From Coniocarpon cinnabarinum (Eukaryota), in the NCBI GenBank assembly GCA_051942205.1, contig JAVECO010000038.1:62001-126000 (forward strand): a stretch of 64,000 nucleotides of DNA, given 5' to 3'. This document shows positions 52,796 through 64,000 of this stretch, in pieces (positions within the stretch are counted from its first letter, which is position 1; each line of letters begins with the position of its first letter). Below the pieces are notes generated by a model. It was not told where the DNA came from, searched no databases, and worked only from the letters and a program-made list of their open reading frames with translations. The translations under genes were made by a program, and so were the position numbers.

Positions 52796-54532
52796 ATGGC
52801 CACCGTCCCGCCTCCGCCGTCCAAGCGCCAAAAAGTCGCCGCAGAAGCGCTCAAAGCGGAGGAAACAGAGTCTCAGAAAATACCTGACGGTCTAGGACAT
52901 GTACGGGTTCAGTTTGTGGAAGCTGGATCTGGTCAGTCGACTGGCATTCCCGTAAACTTGCCGGTTGCGCAAACCTCCGCGCACGATTTGGAAGCTGTGG
53001 TCAACGACCTTGTCAGGCAAGTAGGTGATGTCTTTGAAGGCGCTTTTCACACAGAATCTGTAGTAGACATGCTGACTGAGGGTAGGATGTGCACGACGAT
53101 GATGAAGAAGGACCAGCGCCTTACGTTCCATATACCTTCACGTACACACCACAAAGATCCATTTCCGACACGACCGTGGATATCACTTCGTCAATATATC
53201 ACACCGTCCTCAAAACTGGTCTCGCGTCTAACGAGGAAATACTGACCCTTCAGTATGTTCCTCAAGCCGTCTTCCGCGTGCGTGCCCCCACGCGTCTCTC
53301 TTCGTCAATTGCTGGGCATGGTCAGCCGGTCCTATGCGTCTCATTCCCGTCGTCCACGTCTTCGCGCATGGCAAGCGGTTCTGGTGACGGAACAGCCAGA
53401 ATCTGGGATTGCGATACGGGTACACCGTTCAAGACACTGAAAGGCCATACCAGTTGGGTTTTGTGCGTCGGCTTCAGTCCAGATGGCCGCCTTCTTGCGA
53501 CTGGCGGGATGGAAGGCACGATTCGTATATGGAGTGCTGAAACAGGCGATTTAGTGGCGGGGCCACTGAAGGGCCATGCGAAATGGATCACCAGTTTGGC
53601 GTGGGAGCCGTATCACCTGCAAGCGTCAGGGAGACCACGAGTGGCGAGCTCGTCTAAGGACGGCACTGTCCGTGTTTGGAGCGCAATGGATGGCCGGTGC
53701 GACATGACGCTCGCAGCGCATGAAGGCACTGCAAGCTGCGTTCGCTGGGGCGGCACGGGCACAATTTACTCCTCTGGCCACGACAAAGCTGTAAGACTTT
53801 GGGACGCGAACAGTGGTGCATGTCTGAAGACACTTGGGAGTCACGCACATTGGGTAAACCATCTCTCCCTATCTACAGAGCATGCGCTCCGAACATCTTT
53901 CTACGATCCCATGCAACCGGTCCCTGCGACCGACGAACTTAGACGCGCCCTCGCCAAACGTCGCTTCGAGACTGCTGCTCGGACACGTGGTGAGATCACC
54001 GAGCGCTTTGTCTCCGCCTCTGATGACTGCACTCTGTATCTCTGGACACCATCCTCCAATAAGCCCATTGCCCGCCTCTTGGGACATCAAAAGCAGGTGA
54101 ACCACGTTTCGTTCTCGCCTTCAGGCCACCTGATTGCTTCATGCGGTTTCGACAACTGCATCAAGATCTGGCGTGGGTCGGATGGACAATACATTAGGAC
54201 CCTCAGAGGCCATGTCGGAGCCGTGTACATGTGTGCGTGGAGCGCAGATGGGCGGCTGTTGGTAAGTGCCAGCAAAGATAGCACCGTGAAAGTCTGGGAT
54301 GTCAAGGAGGGCAAGTTGAAAGAAGACATGAGCGGAAGTCGTGACGAGGTGTATGCAGTGGACTGGAGTGCAAAGTAAGTCGCTGACCTCATTGCAACAT
54401 CGCTCGCGTCCAGCGCGAATCGACAGGTTGAGATGCCCCTTGCTTTGATGATTTTTCGCTGACCTGCGTTACAGAGGCGAGAGAGTCGGCAGCGGTGGCA
54501 AAGACAAATGCGTAAGGATTTGGGGAAGGTGA
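52796..54532 (+). CDS. rsa4: Ribosome assembly protein Rsa4 / Notchless (NLE domain + WD40)
   Basis: MATVPPPPSKRQK start, PQAVFRVR...SSIAGHG, eight GH...W-type repeats (HAHWVNHLSLSTEHALRT). Introns 53021-53085 and 54376-54474. Confidence 0.94.
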
Positions 54533-56760
54533 TCCTGTAAAACTGCGAAGGTCCCGCAACATCCACACCAATTTCGCCTCTTCTCCCGCTCAGGCTCATA
54601 GACTTAGGTGTATAACGAGCAAAGCGACACTGAACCTCAGGCGAAGCGCAAAACTTTGCGAGGCAAGCAGATCTGCTCGCAGTTGTCGTCATTGTCCTCG
54701 ATTGCACTGCTTAGACGGCAAAGCCCAAGTTCACGGCTGAGGCTCATCCAGCTTTGAGAGGTTGTGTCGTTGTATTCGCCAAGATCTAGACCGATTGCGC
54801 AAAGAAGTGCTGCAACCTGGTAAAGGCACGCAATTGTCAGCTTTACTCGAGAGCTCATTTGATGGAACAGGCACCGTCCAGCGTACTCACCTGGACAACG
54901 TCAGTGCCAGGCGGAAGCTTGTAATGGTCGATCCAGCAATCAAAATGTGCGTCTGGCGACGAATCCACGTGGGACCATGCCGGAGAGAAAGTGAACCACA
55001 TCAGTTGTCCGCCAAATGAAACCGTGATCGTGCTGTTCATGCATTCTACCCATTCAACAGAGTTGGTCTTAGAAAGAGCTGCGGTTCCACGGTCTGCGCT
55101 TTGCAACAGTCTGTGTCCTGGAGTGGCCTTGCATTGGTGGAGCAAGATTCCTTGTCGATCGAACGTACTTCCACTAACGAGAGTCGCTGGGGGTGAGACA
55201 CCATCTGATGCGGGGCGGCGATGGATTTCAGCTAATCGAGTCGCGTTTGTCTGTTCCGCGCGATCGGTGAGAACTATGAAGACCCGTCGGCTATCAGTCG
55301 GCTGTAAACACACAAACGACAAGCAAGCCAAACGCTCTGAGCTTCCAAGTCGTGCGGTGAGGCTCACCAATGACAGATCCTTCGGAAAACGGTTTTCGAG
55401 AAGACGCGCCGTGTTCCTTCATACGGCCGTATATGCAATGTTTCTTGGTTGGCGAGAGCTGTATATCTACTGTAATGGTACCAATTCTTCGATCATGCCT
55501 CATCGTAAACCCAACCCATTGGTTATACTGGTAGGATGTCTCGACATTCTTGTACATATTGTTCTTCATCTTCAAAAGCCTCAAGCCTATAATAACTGTA
55601 GTTTCAACCCGGCGTAGAGAGTCGAGAAAATATGCGTAAGTCACTCAATCTCTCATAATGGTTTGACAATGATTGCAGGAAACGTAAAGAATTTGAAATA
55701 ATACTGTACGACGGGCAAGTGAACAATAATTCTGCCTGTCGAAGAACCCCTAATGCAATCTTGTCTCACACCACGCTATGTCTCAGTTGCAAGCAAGTAT
55801 TGAGGAGGATCTAGCAGGGATCCACACAACATAAAAGAACCCCTTCGCCCTCAATGTCGGGCCGGACGGATTTGCACCGGCGAGGAGGACGGCAGCAGGG
55901 CTGAGATTGGACGTTAGATACGTACTAATTACCATGTTCGTCACGGTTTAGGTTGACAGCCTCACGATCCCAACACAAATGAGGCTGCAAGATCTACAGA
56001 TCAGACCTGTGTTCGGCATAGCAGCCGAAAGGTTGGCCCCCATCCTTGTTCTAAAATTTGCGAGGCTGCCAGCGCATGGGCCCGGAGGAGACGGCTGGTT
56101 TCAACCGCGAACATCCTCGTCCACTGAAATTGTGATGACGAAGCGAAAGCATTCCAGCCCGAAGACGCACCTTGATGACGAATCGCAGCAGGCGGATGCG
56201 ATCCTCCCTGATGGTCATCAAAGGTGTGAGAGCGGTCGGACAGGTGTCTGATACAATCATTGAATGCATACAAAGGTCATATAGGGATTCAATCGAGCAT
56301 TCGCCCTCAAAGACCTTTGAGATTGGATAATGAGCCGCTAGGAAGTGAGACAGATAAGTATTGATGCGTGTATTTCACATTGTGGTGTTACTGCCCCCTC
56401 GGATGACTCCGGAAACTTTTCGGCCGAATACAACCCTCGGCGGGTACTCCGTATTGCTAAGGATCAGGAAGGATAAGAATCTCGGGCTTATCTTCCAGCT
56501 CAAAAACTTCCCAGATCATTGTCGAGACTTAAAGTGTCGTATGCAAAGTATTCAACCATCTATCCGTGTACCAGATCCTTGGGTCAATAAGATCTACCAT
56601 CTCCACGGTTTATCCTCATGATTTGGCGACTATTTCATCTACTACACGTGGCTTAGATCACCTAAATATCCCTAAACAGTCGTGATACGGCTTGCGGATG
56701 TCAGAAAGGGCAACTAGCGTAGCAAGAGCCACCGCTTACTTTTAGACCTGTTTCTCGGGA

Positions 56761-58033
56761 TTGTTACCTCAGACATCTAATGATACGTCCGCTTTGACCT
56801 TCGTAAGGAGGACACAGATTCATTGGCTCTGTCAGTTGCTCATTGTCACCGTCATATCGTCGAAGTTGTATTTTTATTATCGTGGTAAGCGAGATGAGCC
56901 AGCAGACTTTCCCTTTGCAGACGCTGCAGTTCCGAAGGTTCAAGTATTGCACATGTTCTCAGCTTGTGATCTCCTCCAATGCTCTACTCTTTAATCAGGG
57001 CAGTCCCCTCACCATTCAGCTACCAAAGATTCGTGCATTCTTCAACCCATGCAGAACGAACGCTGGGACCGACTAGAGGCTCCACTGTATTACATAACCG
57101 ATAGGCCGGCCAACATCCGTATCGTCGAAAATCATGATAGTGCCCTAAATCAAGGTACCGAGCCAGATATCAACGCTACTGTGTTTAGCACGGTCAATGA
57201 TGCTCGCAGTGCTTTTAGGGGCTTTTTTATGCAGGCTCCTGAAGATATGATGATGAGGAGTGGCCTTGGACCGGTGAACGGTCATTATCTCGGTGAGTAA
57301 CAATCGCCATCTGCTTCGCCTTCAATACCTCCGCAGCTAGCCGTGGTCGGCTGATCGCGTGTTGCTCATACGATTAGTCTTCCGACACAACGACCAGTCT
57401 ATACTCAACGTATCTCATCACAATGCACGTGGTCAACGTGTGGTTCATCTTGTTGGCCCTACGGTACTTCCATTACCACTAGCCCTTCAATGTGAGGATC
57501 GAAGTCTCGACCACGTCAGACTTCGCTCATTTGAGGCTGATGACTATGGACCGTGGGCTGCAGTCAGATTGAGTAGGTTAGGCGTCACCACGGGCGAAAC
57601 GCAAGTGGTCCTCCGGCTGAAATGGTGCACGCCAATCGTGTTTCGGCGCCACCAGGTCTGGATTGATGGTACAAAATTTAAAGTGATTTTCGAAAGCCAA
57701 GCCCCTCTGCCGCAAGGTGTCAATGTGGCCCTTGTAAGTTGTCTTAGACCAAAGCTTTTCTTTTTCATTCAAAGCAGAGCTAAGCATAGAAAGGTCATTG
57801 GCCTAGTCGCGGCCGCGTCTTTGGAAATCCACATGGAGCACGCTGATCGAACTGAAGAAATAAGCTGGATTCACTATGGCAGGGGCCTTGCCTACAGTCA
57901 TCTGAAGGACTGGTTCAGGCGGTTTAGACCTCTGGCCCAACTCCCCATTGGCGGCCATGCTGAGCAGGTGTCGGATGTTATCAGGGATGACACTGAACAT
58001 TTTATGGAGAGTGGGGAGCTTGGAGGTGGATAG
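56761..58033 (+). CDS. Possible multi-exon orphan gene
   Basis: Successive + strand ORFs (56761, 57049, 57359), with a plausible intron ~57293-57377 (gtgagt...gctcat...tag). No recognised domain; 5' end undefined. Confidence 0.35.
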
Positions 58034-58903
58034 ACAGTCAACAGGTAGCCTGTCCAAGCGAAGGCATCCGATCAATACAATACTGGGCGAGCTGTAGCAT
58101 TCCCTAATATTCCCGTCTCTCGTCTCACGGAGGGGCACCCATGGGCACGGGTGAGCTCGCGCAGTTTCTCAACGAACAACACCCAGGAGGAAACATGGAC
58201 ATGACGCGGCCTTGCCTGGGAAAAGACCAACTTGACATGTACATGGCTACCAAAGCAACTCGCAGTGGGTGAGTGTGACTAGTACAGCAACATCAGCTTG
58301 CATGGTTGGTACCGGTAGCCAGGTACTCTTGCCAAGGGTCACTCACGTTTGGCTTGAAGTGCTTGCAGTGCAGTTACAGGCATGTTTCACAATATCGTTT
58401 GGAGCGCATTTTGTATGATAGGTTCAAAATTCGTCGGCTTACTGCAGCAGTCACTAACGGGCGCGAATCTATGTATTTAGGGGGACATGAAGAGAAAATT
58501 CCACAATGACCTTTAGGTACTCCAAAACTAAGTCCTGCAGACGCGTTTGCGCGATCCGTTCGCGTGCCGTTCAATCTACGCAGTCTTATCTCGCAAGTCA
58601 GTCTCGAATGGCATTTGCGCATCCCGAGTCTAGGATTTTGATTCATTGCTCTGAATCACTGAATGCGCGTGGAGTACGTAGAAGCTCCAGAAGGAAAATA
58701 CATGCCTCCACGAGTGACTTTCCGACGTGCGGGCCGATAAAGGCTTCCGCGTTCGCCAAGGCCTCCAACATTCAGTCCGAAGACGTCCGTTGCCATTCCT
58801 CAGCCCGGCATCGACCTAAGTTATGTCCGCGATAACACTATGATGCCTGATGTCTGCAGAAGACGCCGGTGATGTTAGTGGTATGAGGCTTCGATAAGTT
58901 GCA

Positions 58904-60661
58904 ATGGGGTGGAGCATCCATCTAGGCATCTTGGATAGCGATATACTGCCGAAAGTTCCCGGTAGAGCGGACGAGCATGCTCTTTTGGCACCGCAATAAC
59001 ACTAACTATCACGCGCAGGCACCTCGACGCTCCACGAGCGCGACAATCCTCTCACAAGCTATGGCGAAATAGTGCAAGACGACAGCTCCGCCAGCAACGG
59101 CCTCAAATACGACCGCACCGTCTCTCCCCCTGTCCTGCTCGTCCCACAACCCTCCAATGACCCAGCCGACCCTCTCAACCTGCCCCTCTGGCGTCGCGAT
59201 ATCCAGCTCGCTGTGCTGTCGCTAATCGCCGTACTTGCCACAACACTGTCACCAATCCTCGCTGCAGACTCGCTGACTGTGTCCTTCTATTTCGAAGTAA
59301 CCTTCACTAAAGTCGCACTCCTCACGGGATGGCACCTCCTTGCCGTCGGCCTCTCTGGCATTTTCTTCGTGCCTAGCGCAAGAATCTGGGGAAAGCGACA
59401 CCTCTATCTCTTGGGCACTGCGCTGGTTTGTGCTTCATGCGCATGGGCCGGTGCCGTCGGCCACAGCTACAAGTCTCTCGTCTGGGCGCGGGTGGTGCAG
59501 GGAATCGGTCTTGCGCCCTTCGAAGCGCTCGTCAACACCAGTGTCGCAGACCTCTTCTTCGTCCATGAGCGTGGTAAGCGTATGGCTATCAGCAACCTGG
59601 CTTTATTCGGCGGTGCCTTCTTTACACCGGTCATTGCAGGGCGTATCACAGTTGCCATGAGCTGGAAATGGACATTCAACTTTGTGGCCATCTTTACGGG
59701 TGTGATGTTTCCCATTGTGCTTTTGTTCTCTCCGGAGACAGCCTGGCGTAGACCTGGTTATAATGGCGGTAGCGTAGGGGAGGTTCGCAACACTTCTCTT
59801 GCGCCCTATGATGGCTTCGGTAAAGAGTCAGAGAAGGAAACATTCGCCGCTGTCAACAACGCATCCCCGTCTACGTCTACATCTACTCCTCCACCTCCAC
59901 GCCGGTCCTATTTCACTACGCTGTCCCCATTCTCTGGCCGCAAAACAGATGAGGACTTCTTTCGCCTGCTTTTCCGCCCATTTCCGCTCTTCGCACAACC
60001 CGGCATCCTTTGGGCCTGCCTCATCCAAGGCACACTCATTGGCTGGACTGTTTTTATCGGAATCGTGCTCGCGGCCATCATGCTCGGTCCGCCCCTATTC
60101 TTCAACAGCGAGCAAGTTGGCTATATGTACACCGGCGCCTTCGTGGGTGCCCTAATTGGCTTCGCCGTCTGCGGCCTTACGGCGGACTGGGTTCCACGTC
60201 AACTCACAAAATGGAACAATGGCATCTATGAGCCAGAATTCAGGATGTTCCTGGTGATCCCTCAATTCTTTTTCGGCTGCATTGGTCTGTATGCCTTCGG
60301 CTGGACGGCAGCGGACGCTTTCACCTATTCCTGGCAAGGGCCGGCTGTCTGCTTCGGCCTCGAGGTAGCAGGTATGGTTTGCGGGGCCGTAGCGAGCGCA
60401 CTCTATCTGGCCGACGCTCACCCCGATATTGCGATCGAATGTTTCACATGTTTACTGATATTCAAGAACATTTTCAGTTTTGGCTTGACTTATCATGGCT
60501 ACGACTGGATTGTGAAGCTGGGGGTCAAGCGTATCTTCGTTATCGTAGGAAGCTGTCAAGTCGCTGTGTGTGGTCTGACGCTATTCATGTACGTGTTCGG
60601 CAAAGTGAACAGGAGCTTCTGGGCGCGGCATGACATGCTCAAGATACTCCGGCTACGATGA
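58904..60661 (+). CDS. Major facilitator superfamily transporter (HOL1/DHA1-like)
   Basis: LVPQPSNDPADPLNLP, WGKRHLYL, ADLFFVHERGKR, PET, YEPEFRM and multiple TM segments. Exon 1 58904-58961 (MGWSIHLGILD...VPG), intron 58962-59018. Confidence 0.92.
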
Positions 60662-60922
60662 ATGTGGTCAAGAGTGGGGTTTGGACGCTGCGTGACTTTC
60701 GGGAACTCTATAATGTTAATGACTATCACGAACGCTGAATGCTTGCGCTGATGCGTGGCTCTGCTACCGAGTTTCACGCATTACATTGCTTCCGATCCAC
60801 GAGTTTGTTGAAGCCAACTGCAATATAGAAGTCACGTGGTTTCGCGTCATCTATAACGCGTTACTGCACGTGAAAGCAAGGAAAAGTGATTGTTCGAAAA
60901 ATAGTTCTTGCTCTGGGACACG

Positions 60923-63900
60923 ATGAAGCGTAAGCTTCAGCAGGAGCGCACTGCAGATGCCTCTACCATTCAACAGTCCAGGAAACGCCGTAGGACCACG
61001 CGTGTAACTGAGCAGACTCGTCACCTCTCAACACATCCAGCAGACGTTAACCATCCTGTTCTCAAAAATTACTTCGGCCGAGTGTTGCGCCTGCGACAAT
61101 GGCTTCTCGAGCGATCGGAAGTGCACAGTGCGAGTCGCAAACGTCAAAACTTAATACAGAATGCCAGCGATGAGCAGCATTTACTCGACGGAGTTCTTGT
61201 CGGAGTACCTGCTGACATTGGGCTACGTGAAGCACTACCACAGACTTCGGGAACTAGTATCAGTGAACTTGAGGTTGGAATCTTAGAGTCGAGTCATGAA
61301 GCTTCTCAGGCGCTGGGAACGGCTAGAAATAGAGTTGTCGCAACAGCGACACCCACGGCGAAGGGAGGCGGAGGGCGTATTGCTGCTCAGCAAGAGGTAA
61401 GCTTTGCAGTGCGGTTGCGGTGTTGGCCTTTGATGCTGATGCTTCTAGATCGTCGACTGTGCCATTTGGCTACTATACCACAAATGCTATCGCAGTAACG
61501 CGCAACCACCACATCTACTGTGTCGAGGCTTCCAACGATCCACAACCACGAACACTCCCAATATCAGCGACCGAAAGTCTACGATCCCTGGCATCGTGCA
61601 GACGGCGTCTAATGAGCATGTGGATATGCTGAAGTCTCCCATGTGGGCTTCACTGACTTCACTGCTTGGTGCGCACGGCTACGTTATAATGCTAGAGCTG
61701 ATGCTTTTATGTGCAATCTTTCAGCCGGTAAAGCATGGTAACTCAACCCTTTATCAGGTCAGCGGTGAGTGATGCACATGAGGTTTGAAGTTTGATCTTG
61801 GGACTCTGCTAAAGAGGCAGGAACTCCACTACACGAGAAGAGTATCGTATCAAGTGATGCCAGGTGCAGCCGACAATCCAACAAAGTGACCAACACACCG
61901 AGATCTAGCCAAGCTATGAGTGCTAGTGGTATCAACAGAGAGTTTTCAAAAATTGTGTTTGCGAGATACCGGACGCTCTATGCGTCTGCGGGTAAGTTGT
62001 CAAGGTTGCTATGCGGCTGAAACCCTTTCCATTTAGTGGTGTTCATGTCCTTCCAGAGTGTGGAAAAGAATCATTAAAGGAGCACATACGAGCCAGTAGG
62101 ATGTGCTGACGAGCGAACACAGATTTCAATGCAAAAAACGAAGTTCACTTCGGACTGCCAAGGAACCGTACGTGCTCTCTGACTTGAAACGGCACACCGC
62201 TGAACACTCAGCAGACATTCTTTCAAGGAGCAACGGTGTAGGAGCCCACTCAATCGCGGTGCTGAGCTCAATCTTCCCAAAGCAGTTCCGTCTCACCAGT
62301 AGATTTCCTATCCATGCATCAAGATTGGAACCACCGAAGCCAGTGGAAGGGACATCAGCTGCAGGGAACGCCCTACCAGATGACCAACAGAGCGATGTAC
62401 GAGGCCTCGGTCTCAGCGTTCCAAAGCGTCTTCGAGCGGGCGCACATGAGATGGTCTCTCAGCTTCTGCTTCGTCATAAGCACTGCGCATATTCGAAACT
62501 CCTCAACCACTACTGTCCAAGACCTCCAACAAGTACGAAAAACGTCGCAACTAATTTTACGAAGCTCGCATCTAGCCATGCTAATGTTTCTGTGTTTTGC
62601 CGAGCAGTTCTGAAGAACTTGCTGCCCTCAAAACTGCTGGGTGATGGAGATGGCCAAGACAAGAATTTCCAAGTCTTGTGCTATCATCTGAATGACTTTA
62701 TTAGTCTCAGGCGCTATGAAAGTATGAACCTGCAAGATATCATGCAAGGAATAAAAGTCAGTCAAGTCGCTTGGCTTGCACCAGTCAAAGCTGGAAACGT
62801 CGCGCCGATGTCACGAACAGATCACGAGAAGCGCACGGAGATTCTTGCAGAGTTGATTGTGTGGACATTCGATGGTCTGCTCGTTCCCCTCCTGCGCACC
62901 AACTTCTATGTCACAGAGTCTGCAACTCACAGACACAAGGTGTTCTACTTCCGTCAGGATGTCTGGAGAGAAACAATGCAGCCGGCTAAGATGGACTTGA
63001 AACGAAGAATGCTCAGTCGAATGAATGTGAACGAGGCCACGCAGATACTGGAATCGAGGGAATTCGCTTATAGTCAACTACGCTTCCTTCCGAAGGAGCA
63101 GGGCATGAGGCCAATTGCAAACCTCAAACAACGGGTGCAGGTGATCAAGAATGGGACAAAAGTTCTGGCGAGGGCGATCAACCCAACCTTAGGTCCTGTG
63201 TTCAACGTCATGAATTTTGAGAAAGTGAGTTCGGGATCTGACTCACACAAATATCAGCATTGGCTCACACCGTGCAGTCCCGGCAGCCGCATAGAGTCGG
63301 TAACGCAGCGTCATCTGTGTCAGGCATACATGAGAAATTGGTGGAGTATCGAGAGCATTTGCATACGAGTAAGGCATCAAGGTCGAGGTTGTTCTTCGCA
63401 AAGGTCGATGTGCGAGCTTGTTTTGATAGCTTGCCTCAACAGCGTTTGCTAGAAATTGCAGAGAGCATCTGTCAGAGTGACGAGTACAGCACGGACAGGT
63501 ACACCGAACTCAAACCTGGGCAAAAGATGAACATGTCGACAACGTGTTTAAAGCCGCTGAAAAAACACCACACACAGGCGATTGGTGGGAAGCATCAATT
63601 TGATTTTGCCACCAAGATCAACGCCAACGGCAAGCGTCACCATCCAGACGGGGTCCTGCTGGACACGTCCGACCCGCAACACATTAGCAAAAGCCACGCG
63701 CTGCATCTGCTGCGGCAACACGTCAAGCAGAACGTTGTCAAGATTGGCAAGAGATACTGGCGCCAGCGACGGGGAATCTCCCAGGGCTCGATCCTGTCAA
63801 GTCTGTTGTGCACGCTTTGCTACGCAGGACTCGAGCAGAATCACCTCGCCTTTCTGTCGAAGGACGCTTGTTTCGTTCGCCTCATTGACGATTTTTTACT

Positions 63901-64000
63901 CATTACACCTTCCCAAGATGAAGCATTGCGATTTCTGCGACTCATGTTCCGAGGTTTGCAGGCTTACGGAGTGCGGGTCAGCCGTGAGAAGTGTCTGGCC
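60923..64000 (+). CDS. tert: Telomerase reverse transcriptase (5' part, runs off the window)
   Basis: TEN domain (HLLCRGF, YQVSG), T motif FYVTE...FYFRQDVW, motifs 1/2 LRFLPK...MRPIAN, A KVDVRACFD, B' GISQGSILS, C RLIDDFL. Introns ~61397-61448, 61765-61820, 61992-62122, 62168-62214, 63225-63277. Confidence 0.96.

Noticed and set aside
54376..54474. Microexon or twin intron inside the last rsa4 intron (internal cag|gttgag)
   Set aside because: Removing one intron already gives the expected WSxxGERVGSGGKD spacing.
62103..64000. Retrotransposon reverse transcriptase
   Set aside because: The telomerase-specific T motif, TEN domain and spliceosomal introns identify it as TERT.

Overview
Eukaryotic DNA from a filamentous ascomycete (Pezizomycotina, possibly a Dothideomycete): compact genes with short (~45-130 nt) GT-AG introns. 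No prokaryotic features or CRISPR arrays were seen. Conserved genes in order: FHA-kinase Chk2, CYP51, a SAM/PH protein, WD40-cyclophilin (PPWD1/Cyp15), NF-X1/R3H protein, Pho80/Pcl cyclin, proteasome beta1, Bem46, GCK-III kinase, hybrid histidine kinase, Rsa4/Notchless, an MFS transporter, and telomerase TERT (truncated by the window end). Two regions stand out. (1) An accessory block at ~17.6-26.7 kb holds an intact, divergent CK1-like kinase placed head-to-head with a PD-(D/E)xK nuclease-like gene. They are separated by a ~530-bp AT-rich inverted repeat with a RIP-like mutation pattern. A Kex2-type secreted Cys protein and a 9-bp minisatellite follow. (2) A copper-homeostasis cluster at ~45.2-51.9 kb (Ctr / metalloreductase / Ctr / ~22-aa metallothionein) has a dense array of Mac1-type GAGCA/TGCTC sites in its divergent promoter. 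All exon boundaries were read by eye and are predictions.
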